A stretch of DNA of 64,000 nucleotides from Gemmatimonadaceae bacterium (GTDB lineage: Bacteria; Gemmatimonadota; Gemmatimonadetes; Gemmatimonadales; Gemmatimonadaceae), in assembly GCA_035273165.1 (NCBI GenBank), contig DATEPP010000139.1, positions 158 to 64,157 of the forward strand. The letters run 5' to 3'. A model generated the notes under the pieces. It did not search any database, was not told the origin of the DNA, and was given only the letters and a program-made list of their open reading frames with translations. Position 1 is the stretch's first letter. Every line of letters begins with the position of its first letter. Below are positions 1 to 8,054 of the stretch, in pieces. The translations under genes were made by a program, and so were the position numbers.

Positions 1-411
1 ATGCGTTTGCTTCGCTCCGTCGATGACGAGCGGGGGCTCCATGCGTACGCGCCGGGCAAGTGGACCATCAAGGAAGTCATCGGTCATCTCTCCGATGCCG
101 AGCGTGTGTTCTCGTATCGTGCCCTCCGTTTTGCTCGCGGCGACGCGCAGCCAGTCGCCGGCTTCGACGAGAATGCCTACGTCCCGGCCGGGCGCTTCAA
201 CGAGCGCCCGATCGGTGATCTCGCCGACGAATTTCAGGCAATTCGATCCGCGACGGTCCACCTCTTTCGTCACCTCGACGAGGAGGAGATGGCAAGGCGC
301 GGTATCGCCAACAGCAACCCGATCTCCGTTCGTGCGCTCGGTTTCGTCATCGCCGGACACGAGCGCCATCACGCGAAGCTTCTTCGGGAGCGCTACGGAA
401 TCGGTGGCTGA
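1..411 (+). CDS. DinB-family protein (5' end may lie outside the window)
   Basis: ORF 1..411. DinB-like helical-bundle pattern with His residues (IGHLSDAE ... GHERHH). GC3-rich codons. Confidence 0.75.
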   Translation: MRLLRSVDDERGLHAYAPGKWTIKEVIGHLSDAERVFSYRALRFARGDAQPVAGFDENAYVPAGRFNERPIGDLADEFQAIRSATVHLFRHLDEEEMARRGIANSNPISVRALGFVIAGHERHHAKLLRERYGIGG

Positions 412-443
412 TCGTTAGGCACGAGGGCGCATTTGGAGGTCCC

Positions 444-860
444 ATGAGCATTCGGAGCACACGGGAAGGAGACACGGTCACCGTGACCATCGAGGGGCAG
501 CTCGTCGCCGGCAACCGCCAGCAGCTTCGCGAGGCGGTGCTCCCCGAGATCGACCGCGGCGCGCGGCATTTCGTCATCGACTTCGCCGATACGGGCTACA
601 TCGACAGCGCCGGCCTCGGCGCACTGGTCTCGCTCTCGAAGCGGATCCGCGAGGCCGACGGCACCCTACGCCTGACGAATCTCAACGAGGACATCCGCAC
701 GCTCTTCGAGCTCACGAAGCTCGACACGCTGTTTACGCTCGGCGGCGGCGAGGGCCTGGCCGATTCCGGCGTCACCGCGAACCTCACCCCGAAGCCAAAA
801 CCGGCCGGCGGCGCCAAAGCGCCCCCGCACGACGCCGACGACGTTCGGCCCGGGGCCTAA
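444..860 (+). CDS. STAS-domain anti-sigma-factor antagonist (SpoIIAA-like)
   Basis: 138 aa. Motif FVIDFADTGYIDSAGLGALVSL is typical of STAS/SpoIIAA. The TAA stop lies inside an octamer copy (855-862). Confidence 0.8.
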   Translation: MSIRSTREGDTVTVTIEGQLVAGNRQQLREAVLPEIDRGARHFVIDFADTGYIDSAGLGALVSLSKRIREADGTLRLTNLNEDIRTLFELTKLDTLFTLGGGEGLADSGVTANLTPKPKPAGGAKAPPHDADDVRPGA

Positions 861-875
861 CGGGAGGCGACGCCG

Positions 876-1028
876 ATGATCCGGAAGCTCAAGGACGGCC
901 GCTACCGCCTCTACTCCCGCAAGAAGGACCCGAAGACGGGAAAACGGCGCAACCTGGGCACCTTCCGTACCCGCGCTGCCGCCGAGAAGCACGAGCGAGC
1001 CGTCCAGTTCTTCAAGCACGGCGGTTAG
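876..1028 (+). CDS. Small conserved basic protein (50 aa)
   Basis: Not in the ORF track (<60 aa). I translated ATG 876 to TAG 1026-1028: MIRKLKDGRYRLYSRKKDPKTGKRRNLGTFRTRAAAEKHERAVQFFKHGG. Good codon bias. From memory it resembles a widespread small-protein family. Confidence 0.5.
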   Translation: MIRKLKDGRYRLYSRKKDPKTGKRRNLGTFRTRAAAEKHERAVQFFKHGG

Positions 1029-1242
1029 GCACCGGGTACTCGCTAGGCAGACGCTGCCCCCCGCCAGTGGGGACCTAACGAGATCGCTTGTTATGCAGGA
1101 TCGCCCTTGCTCACGCTCTGAGCGCGGTTAGGTTTCCGTCGACGCGAAAAAAGTGCGTCGACGCGCGTGACCAATCAGGTGGTTGGGTGGGTCCTTTCTC
1201 GCGATAGCGCAGCAACGCGATCAACCTCAGACATCCGAACAC

Positions 1243-1494
1243 ATGCCACGCACCGCAAAAGGCCGCGGCCTAACGCCCGGCATCAGCCGCATCGATCAGC
1301 CCACCACGAGAACGCATGGGTATTTCGTGCGCGTCGGGTATCGCAAGACGACGAAGGGATGGCGGCCCAAGGCGAGCGCGTTTTTCGGTGACGCGAGCCA
1401 TGGTGGCAAGACGTCCGCGCTGCGGGCGGCGGAGCGGTGGCTCAAGCAGACGCGCCGCACCTCGACCAAGAGTCGCGGCGGCCGCGCCGCCTGA
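1243..1494 (+). CDS. Hypothetical basic protein, possibly AP2-like DNA-binding
   Basis: Internal ATG of ORF 1183..1494. The pattern GISR..THGYFVRVGY..KGWRPKASAFFGD..GGKTSALRAAERWL resembles bacterial AP2-type domains. Weak call. Confidence 0.4.
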   Translation: MPRTAKGRGLTPGISRIDQPTTRTHGYFVRVGYRKTTKGWRPKASAFFGDASHGGKTSALRAAERWLKQTRRTSTKSRGGRAA

Positions 1495-1638
1495 CGAGTG
1501 CCCCGGGCGCGTCCGCCGTTAGGCGGCGTGCCCGGTCTGTTCGGCCACCTCCTCACGGTCAGCTGTGAGGTGTGTCACACTTCGCGCCGCGGCGCGACTC
1601 TCGCATCGACCGTTACCAGTCGAGTCCACTCTCCTGGT

Positions 1639-2070
1639 ATGAAGCTCACTCGCTGGGTCGCACTCTCTGCCGCCGTCATCGTCATCAGCGGCGGATGCTC
1701 GCGTTTCCGTCACGCTGGCATCCCCGGTTTTGCCGTCAAGCCAGCCGCAAGTCGCCCTCCTTCGACCGCGACGCTCGCGTCGCAGTATGGCTGTACCGCC
1801 GAGCAGGTGGCCGCCAACTGGCAGACGGCTCGCCTCGCGATCGCACGGCCGGGAACCCCGATCTGCAGTGTCCTCGGACGCTACGGCGAGCCTCTGTCCG
1901 TGGCCAGGAACGCCGCTGCCGACATGCAACTCGTCTCGATGCTCTATCGCCAGCCGAACGGCCGATACTACAACGCGACTTTCGTCTACTACGACGACAC
2001 GAAGGTCAATCGCCAGCTCAAACGGCCAATCGGGCGCTGGATTGTGGACCGCGTGACCGCAACACGCTGA
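1639..2070 (+). CDS. Putative lipoprotein
   Basis: ATG 1639 within ORF 1498..2070. N-terminus MKLTRWVALSAAVIVISGGCS has a signal peptide and lipobox-like Cys. Confidence 0.55.
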   Translation: MKLTRWVALSAAVIVISGGCSRFRHAGIPGFAVKPAASRPPSTATLASQYGCTAEQVAANWQTARLAIARPGTPICSVLGRYGEPLSVARNAAADMQLVSMLYRQPNGRYYNATFVYYDDTKVNRQLKRPIGRWIVDRVTATR

Positions 2071-2236
2071 TCCCGCGCCTTTCCATTGGCCCCAGGACGC
2101 ATCCGGCTCGTCCCCGTGCGTCGCATCCCCTCACGAAGACGCTTGCCCCGCGCAGAACCCGGCCCTACTCTAGCACGTAGTGCCGGTACGCGTTGGCGTT
2201 CCCACCAACGTCCGCGTTTGGCGAGAGGTCCGTGCT

Positions 2237-3004
2237 ATGATGCGCCTCTGGGTCGAGTCTTATTCGAGAGCGACGCCCGTCAGTTCGAGCGCCGTGGTCA
2301 GTGTCGTTACCCACGCACTGCTCATCGGCGCCGCCGTCGCGAGCACCAGTCGGCCGGCGAACGTCGACGGCGATTGGATCGAGAATCGCGCCTACTACCT
2401 CCCGCCGCCGAACCGGATGCCGTCGCAGCAAGCGTCGGGCGAAACCATCAAGTATGTGGAGCTCGCCCCCGAGGGTGTGGGGTCTGGCTTCGGCGCCGGT
2501 GAACTGGGCTCGGATCACCCCGTCGTGCACGAGCTCTCGGAGAACCCCGGTGATCTCGGCAGGGATACAACCAGCTCCGACAAGGCACCACAGCTGGCGG
2601 GTGCGGATTCCGTCTTCACACAGCTCGAGGTCGACTCGACCGTCTCCCGCTATCCGGGTAGTGCCGCGCCCGCATATCCGGTCGAGATGCTCAAGCAGGG
2701 CGTGCAGGGCTCGGTTGTCACGCAGTACGTCGTCGACACCACTGGCTTCGCCGATACGACATCGCTCAAGATCATGAGCACGACGCACGAGCAGTTCTCC
2801 GATGCCGTGCGTGCCGCGCTGCCGTACATGCGTTTCTTCCCCGCCAAAGTCGGCGCCAAGAAAGTCCGGCAGCTCGTCGAGCAGGAGTTCAGCTTCAAGA
2901 TCGAACAGGCGGCGAGTCAGACGACGACGCCCGCAGCGCAGACGTCAGCGAAGAAGCCCGGGCTCGACAAACCGCTCCAGCCGCAGCGCAGTCCCAAAGG
3001 ATGA
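2237..3004 (+). CDS. TonB-family energy transducer (TonB C-terminal domain)
   Basis: N-terminal TM segment, Pro-rich linker, and C-terminal YPVEMLKQGVQGSVVTQYVVDTTG...FFPAKVGAKKVRQLVEQEFSF typical of TonB_C. Confidence 0.7.
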   Translation: MMRLWVESYSRATPVSSSAVVSVVTHALLIGAAVASTSRPANVDGDWIENRAYYLPPPNRMPSQQASGETIKYVELAPEGVGSGFGAGELGSDHPVVHELSENPGDLGRDTTSSDKAPQLAGADSVFTQLEVDSTVSRYPGSAAPAYPVEMLKQGVQGSVVTQYVVDTTGFADTTSLKIMSTTHEQFSDAVRAALPYMRFFPAKVGAKKVRQLVEQEFSFKIEQAASQTTTPAAQTSAKKPGLDKPLQPQRSPKG

Positions 3005-3076
3005 CGGCGCGCTGACGCGCGATGGACGCTCCCGCGCGCCGCACTTGCCTCCATCGCGGCGACGTCGAGCGTTAAT

Positions 3077-3457
3077 TTGCGCACCATGCGTCACACGTTG
3101 AAGCTGCACGGGGTCGTCGTCGGCTGGTCCGACCTCGAGCGCATCGAGCCTGACGTCGGCAGAGCCCGCGGGCGATTCCGTCCCGGCGTTGGTTACGACC
3201 TCGTACAACCCATCTTCCGTTTGTTTGCCGAAGCGGTACCGCGCTCCGCCAGCGCGACGCGCGACGAGGCGAAGCTCGAGCGCTATTACAAATCCCGCGA
3301 CTCGCTCGCGCTCGAGCTCGTGGACGCGTCGGGACAGCGGATCCCGACATCGGCGATTCACATCGCCGATTACCGGGGCGACGACAATGGCGATTGCGAG
3401 CTCGACGTCCTCATCGCCGATACCGAGTACTGGTCGCGTCGAACCCCCTCCAGCTGA
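3077..3457 (+). CDS. Hypothetical protein
   Basis: 126-aa ORF with coding-like GC3. No recognisable domain. Confidence 0.45.
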   Translation: MRTMRHTLKLHGVVVGWSDLERIEPDVGRARGRFRPGVGYDLVQPIFRLFAEAVPRSASATRDEAKLERYYKSRDSLALELVDASGQRIPTSAIHIADYRGDDNGDCELDVLIADTEYWSRRTPSS

Positions 3458-3541
3458 AGCGCGCGCGCAGAACTTGCCCCTCCTGGCTTCTGCAGGCTCG
3501 AACAGGAGGTTCGTATTTACTCGACATCACGTTGGCCGAGC

Positions 3542-4303
3542 GTGCTCGGCGCGTCGCTACTGCCGTCGGTACTGTTTCTCGCGCCGATGGCCGGAGCTCA
3601 GTCGTTAGGCACCGCCCCGGGCTACCTCGACTATCTCTCGCTGCTGGGCACTCCGATCGCCAGCCTGCCTCCGCTCGCGACCTACGCGATGTTCGGTGTC
3701 GCGCAACAATCGCCGCAGTTGGTCGCGCGCTACGGGTACGTTCCCGACGTCGATCGTCCTCTCGCTCCGGCGAGTGGCGGACACGAAGCACGCAGCCTCG
3801 ACAGCTTTGGGCTCACCGGCATTGTTCCCGCCGGTCTCGACGGCACGATCACACTGACCGCGGGCCTCTCCAATGACCGATGCCGTGGATGCTCGGGCAG
3901 CGCGTTCATGGCCGCGATCGGCGGCGACCATCGCCTGACCACGATTTCCATCGATGCCGCGACCGCGACGCGTTTGACCATCGGCGTCAACGGCGAGATT
4001 GGCGTCGGTCATCCGGTCACCGGGGTGACGTGGAGCGCCGATGTCGGTGTGCCGCTCGCGCTCGCCTTGGGACCGGCGACGGGGACCTCGATCATTCCAT
4101 TCGTCACCCCCGGTTTCGCGGGGTTCGTCAGTCGCGACCCGGCGGGAAGCGGTACCTATGCGGCGGCGCGTCTCCTCGTCGGGGCCGGCGTCGCGCTCTT
4201 CAACGCGAAGAGCGCGCTCGGCGCGAGCGCCGGATTCCAATACGTCTTCGTCGACCGGACCGAGCTCCAGTTCGGCATCGCCCTCTCCCTCGGCGGCCGC
4301 TGA
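3542..4303 (+). CDS. Secreted or outer-membrane hypothetical protein (Gly/Ala-rich beta-strand pattern)
   Basis: Signal-peptide-like N-terminus (LLPSVLFLAPMAGAQS). Alternating-hydrophobicity pattern ending QFGIALSLGGR. Confidence 0.5.
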   Translation: MLGASLLPSVLFLAPMAGAQSLGTAPGYLDYLSLLGTPIASLPPLATYAMFGVAQQSPQLVARYGYVPDVDRPLAPASGGHEARSLDSFGLTGIVPAGLDGTITLTAGLSNDRCRGCSGSAFMAAIGGDHRLTTISIDAATATRLTIGVNGEIGVGHPVTGVTWSADVGVPLALALGPATGTSIIPFVTPGFAGFVSRDPAGSGTYAAARLLVGAGVALFNAKSALGASAGFQYVFVDRTELQFGIALSLGGR

Positions 4304-4334
4304 CACGGGTTGATTAGCATCAACTGACGTTCCG

Positions 4335-7300
4335 CTAGTGGAAATCGTGGCGCTGGGCGTACTCCGCGCCGACCTCCGCCTTGAGGCCGCGAAACTCCTC
4401 GCCGCGAATGTTGACCACGCCCTGCTCCACCTGCAGCGTTCCACGCACGAGGAGCAAGGGTGTGGTCGAGATCAATAATGCCTGTCGCTCGAATCGCTTC
4501 GGTGTCACGACGACATTCACCGTCCCCGTTTCGTCCTCGAGTGTGAGAAAGACGAATCCCTTGGCCGTGCCTGGCCGCTGCCGGCAGATCACGAGGCCGG
4601 CGCTCGCGATTCGCTCACCGTCCTTTCCGTCCGTCACGAGCTGCCGTGCGGTCCGGACGCCGTTAGGCGCGAGCAGCGGCCGCAGATGCGACATCGGATG
4701 TCCATTGAGCGAGATGCCGGTCATGCGATAGTCTGCTTCGGTCAGCTCGCCCGGCGACATCGTTGGAAGTCCGGCGGTGCGCGCCGCCGTGCCGAGGTCG
4801 CGCCGGCGGCGGGGCGCCAACGGTCCCGCGTCGCCACGCAGCGCGTCGAGCACCTCCCATAACGCCGCGCGCCGCTTGCGGAGATCCGGCTCGTCGGGCA
4901 CGAAGCCATCGAAGGCTCCCGCTTCCGCGAGCTGGCGCAGCGTCCGTTGATCGAAGCGCGTCCGCCGCGCGAAATCCTCGATCGACCCGAACGGTCCCGC
5001 CGCGAGCGCGCCCTCGACGATCTCCTTCGCCTTCGGTCCGAGCCCGCGCACCGATCGCAGGCCGAGCCGGACGGCGGGTGCTCGCGAGCCCTCTGGTTCG
5101 CGCTCGAGCGTCGCATCCCACCGCGAGTGGCGCACGTCCACCGGTCGAACCTTCACGCCATGACGCTTCGCGTCTTCGATCAACGTGCCCGGCGCGTAGA
5201 AGCCCATCGGCTGTGCATTGAGGATCGCCGCCGTGAACTCGGGCGCGTAGTAATGTTTCAGAAACGCTGATGCATAGACGAGCAACGCGAACGACGCCGC
5301 GTGCGATTCCGGAAAGCCATAGTCGGCAAATGCGTTGATCTGATTATAGATCCGAAGCGCCGTTTCCTCGGCGATGCCATTGCTCTTCATTCCGTCGATG
5401 AGCTTTGCACAAATTGCCGCCATCCGCTCGCGGCTCCGCTTGTGCCCCATCGCGCGACGGAGCGTGTCGGCCTCGCCCGCTGAGAACCCGGCGCACGCGA
5501 TCGCCACCTGCATACCCTGCTCCTGGAAGAGCGGCACGCCTAACGTACGTGCCAGGATCGGCTCCAGCGACGGATGTGGATACTCGACCTTCTCTTCGCC
5601 CGCGCGCCGCCGCAGATAGGGATGCACCATGTCGCCCTGGATTGGCCCCGGACGAATGATCGCGACCTCCACGACCAGATCGTAGAAGCACCGCGGCTTG
5701 AGTCGCGGCAGCGTGTTCATCTGCGCGCGACTCTCCACCTGGAAGACGCCAATCGTGTCGGCCCGGCACAGATCCTCGTAGACCGATTGGTCGTCCATGT
5801 CCAGCTGCGCCAGATCCACCGTGATACCGCGTGTCTGCCGCACATACAGCAGGCAATCCTGGATCAACGTCAGCATCCCCAGACCGAGCAGATCGATCTT
5901 CACCAGTCCCACCGGATCGAGATCGTCCTTCTCCCACTGAATCACCGTCCGGTCGGGCATCGACGCTGGCTCGATCGGCACCACCGTCGACAGCGGCTCG
6001 GCCGTGAGCACGAAGCCGCCGACATGGATCGACCGGTGCCGCGGTACCTGATGCAGTCCATCCACGATCTCGGCGAGCGCTCGCACCCGCTTGTCCGCCG
6101 GATCCAACCCCGCGTGCACTAGCGGTGACTGGCGGTCTTCCGCCGATGTCGAGATGGCGGTCGTCGGATTGCGACGCTCGTTATGCGTTTCCTTCGCGTA
6201 CGGATCCATGTACTCGGGCCGCGTCGGTGATTGGTGGCTGGTGGCTGGTGCCTGGTGGAACCGCCGATTCTGTTGCACCGTGTCGTGACCCGTTTCACTT
6301 CCGTAGGGCTCGTACCCGGCGTTAGGCCGCGGCCGATCCGCCGTCGTGAGATGTTTTTTCCCCTTCGGCGCCAATTTCGATCTTTCGCCGTCTCGCGTCC
6401 CGCGTCCCGCGCCCCCCATCCCGCGTGCCGCCTCTTTCACTTCCCGCGACTCCAGCGTCGCCGACGTGCCCGGCATCATCTGCTGCCCGAACGCGCGCGC
6501 GATCACCTCTTCCGCTGACTCATCGCCCTCCTCTCCGGCTGCGCCTAACGAGCCGCCGCGCAGCGCTTCAGCCGTCGCGCGCGCCGAGAACCGGTCACTC
6601 AGCATCGACAGTCGGTCCGCCTGCTCGACGGAAAATCCCAGCACGCGCGCGGCGTCCCGTACCGCCGAGCGGCCCCGGTAGGTGATCTGCTCGCAGACCA
6701 TCGCCGCGTGCTCGCGCCCGTACTTCTCGTAGACGTACTGGATCACCCGCTCGCGCTCACGATGCGCGAAATCGATGTCGATGTCCGGCGCCTCGCGCCG
6801 CTCCTCACTCAGGAACCGCTCGAAGAGCAGTCCGAGACGAATGGGATCCACCGCCGTGATGCCAAGGCAATAGCAGACCGCGGAGTTCGCCGCCGATCCA
6901 CGACCCTGACAGAGAATCCCCTCGCGGCGCGCGAAGCGCACGATGTCCCACACGATGAGGAAGTATCCCGCCAGCCCGAGCCGGCGAATCATTCCCAGCT
7001 CGTGTTCGACCTGCCGGCGATGCGCTTCCGTCGGAAAGACATCCTCGCCTCCGTCGCGCTGCTCCGCTCCCCAGCGTTCCTGTGCCCCCTGGATCACCAG
7101 CCGCTCGAGATACTCGTCGGCGGTCACCTTCGGCGGCAGCGGAAAGGCCGGCAGCGCTGGCTCCAGCTGTTCCATTCGAAAGGCACAGCGTTCGGCGATC
7201 GCCCGCGTCGCGATGATTCCCTCCGGTGCGTGCTGCCAGCGCCGTCGCATCTGCGCCGCGCTCTTGAGATACCACTCACCGTTAGGCCGGAGCCGCGTCC

Positions 7301-8054
7301 CCATTGTATCGAGCGTTTTATCGTGCCGCAGGCACGACAAAACGTCGTGCACGATGCGATCGCGTGCCCGCGCGTAATGCACGTCGTTCGTCACGACCCA
7401 CGGGAGATCGAGCGCGCGCGCGACGTCGATCAGGCCGCGCACCGTCTCGCGCTCTTCCGCAAGTCCGTGATCCCAGCATTCGATGGCCACGCGACCATCG
7501 AATACGTCTTTTATGATCGCCGCCGCTTCACACGCGCCGTCGAGATCTTCGTTCGCCACGAGCGACGGCACCCAGCCGCGGGGGCACCCCGTGAGCGCGA
7601 ACAATCCGCGCGCGTGCCGCGCCACGAGGTCGAGCGACACCGACGGCTCTCCCCGCGGATTGTCCATGCGCGCCCGGGTGATGAGCGTGGAGAGATTTCC
7701 GTATCCCTCGCGCGTTTCGGCGAGGAGAAGCAGATGAGTGGCTGGTGATTGGTGGCTGGTGGCTGGTGGTTGGTCACCAGTCACCAGCCACCGACCACCA
7801 GTCACCGTCAGCTCCGCCCCAATGATCCCTTCGATCCCCACCTCGCGCGTCGCCTGCGCGAACCGCACCGCCCCTCCGAGCTCGTCGTGATCCGTGAGCG
7901 CGAGCGCGGGCAGTCCGAGATCGGCCGCCCGCGCCGCCAGGACTTCCGGCAACGCCGCGCCGTCGAGAAGAGAAAAGCAGGAATGACAGTGCAGCTCGAC
8001 GTAGTCGTTGGCTCGGGCCGATCGCGTCAATCGAACCACCCCTGCACCCACCAT
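4335..8054 (-). CDS. dnaE2: Error-prone DNA polymerase III alpha subunit DnaE2 (ImuC) carrying in-frame repeat insertions
   Basis: PHP motif YVELHCHSCFSLLDGA, polymerase core (GVPLFQEQGMQ, HVGGFVL), C-terminal OB fold. Lies downstream of imuA-imuB. Start ATG 8054 was chosen just after the imuB stop; the longest ORF reaches 8141. Confidence 0.9.
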   Translation of the reverse strand: MVGAGVVRLTRSARANDYVELHCHSCFSLLDGAALPEVLAARAADLGLPALALTDHDELGGAVRFAQATREVGIEGIIGAELTVTGGRWLVTGDQPPATSHQSPATHLLLLAETREGYGNLSTLITRARMDNPRGEPSVSLDLVARHARGLFALTGCPRGWVPSLVANEDLDGACEAAAIIKDVFDGRVAIECWDHGLAEERETVRGLIDVARALDLPWVVTNDVHYARARDRIVHDVLSCLRHDKTLDTMGTRLRPNGEWYLKSAAQMRRRWQHAPEGIIATRAIAERCAFRMEQLEPALPAFPLPPKVTADEYLERLVIQGAQERWGAEQRDGGEDVFPTEAHRRQVEHELGMIRRLGLAGYFLIVWDIVRFARREGILCQGRGSAANSAVCYCLGITAVDPIRLGLLFERFLSEERREAPDIDIDFAHRERERVIQYVYEKYGREHAAMVCEQITYRGRSAVRDAARVLGFSVEQADRLSMLSDRFSARATAEALRGGSLGAAGEEGDESAEEVIARAFGQQMMPGTSATLESREVKEAARGMGGAGRGTRDGERSKLAPKGKKHLTTADRPRPNAGYEPYGSETGHDTVQQNRRFHQAPATSHQSPTRPEYMDPYAKETHNERRNPTTAISTSAEDRQSPLVHAGLDPADKRVRALAEIVDGLHQVPRHRSIHVGGFVLTAEPLSTVVPIEPASMPDRTVIQWEKDDLDPVGLVKIDLLGLGMLTLIQDCLLYVRQTRGITVDLAQLDMDDQSVYEDLCRADTIGVFQVESRAQMNTLPRLKPRCFYDLVVEVAIIRPGPIQGDMVHPYLRRRAGEEKVEYPHPSLEPILARTLGVPLFQEQGMQVAIACAGFSAGEADTLRRAMGHKRSRERMAAICAKLIDGMKSNGIAEETALRIYNQINAFADYGFPESHAASFALLVYASAFLKHYYAPEFTAAILNAQPMGFYAPGTLIEDAKRHGVKVRPVDVRHSRWDATLEREPEGSRAPAVRLGLRSVRGLGPKAKEIVEGALAAGPFGSIEDFARRTRFDQRTLRQLAEAGAFDGFVPDEPDLRKRRAALWEVLDALRGDAGPLAPRRRRDLGTAARTAGLPTMSPGELTEADYRMTGISLNGHPMSHLRPLLAPNGVRTARQLVTDGKDGERIASAGLVICRQRPGTAKGFVFLTLEDETGTVNVVVTPKRFERQALLISTTPLLLVRGTLQVEQGVVNIRGEEFRGLKAEVGAEYAQRHDFH
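6226..6258. repeat. Heptamer array GGTGATT GGTGGCT GGTGGCT GGTGCCT GGTGG inside dnaE2
   Basis: Direct reading. Encodes HQAPATSHQSP on the coding (minus) strand. Confidence 0.85.
6394..6432. repeat. (GCGTCCC)n-type array inside dnaE2, giving a G-quadruplex motif on the coding strand
   Basis: cgcgtcccgcgtcccgcgccccccatcccgcgtgccgcc. The complement carries at least four G3+ tracts. Confidence 0.8.
7738..7806. repeat. Imperfect palindrome of (GGTGGCT)n / (AGCCACC)n heptamers inside dnaE2
   Basis: Left arm gtggctggtgattggtggctggtggctggtggttgg, centre ggtcacc (7772-7778), right arm ccagtcaccagccaccgaccaccagtcacc. In-frame. Confidence 0.85.

Noticed and set aside
3605-4444. Long ORFs antisense to or out of frame with confident genes: 3605..4444(-), 6708..7748(+), 8211..9116(+), 11451..12701(+), 13363..14388(-), 16729..17820(-), 38388..39470(+), 38998..39981(-), 39299..40555(-), 41041..42192(-), 45009..45788(-), 53873..55135(+), 56751..57839(+), 60981..62384(-), 62520..63755(-) and others.
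   Set aside because: Their translations are Arg/Ala/Gly/Pro-rich with no domain signatures. They overlap genes that have clear conserved motifs. Stop-poor shadow frames are expected in DNA of about 70% GC.
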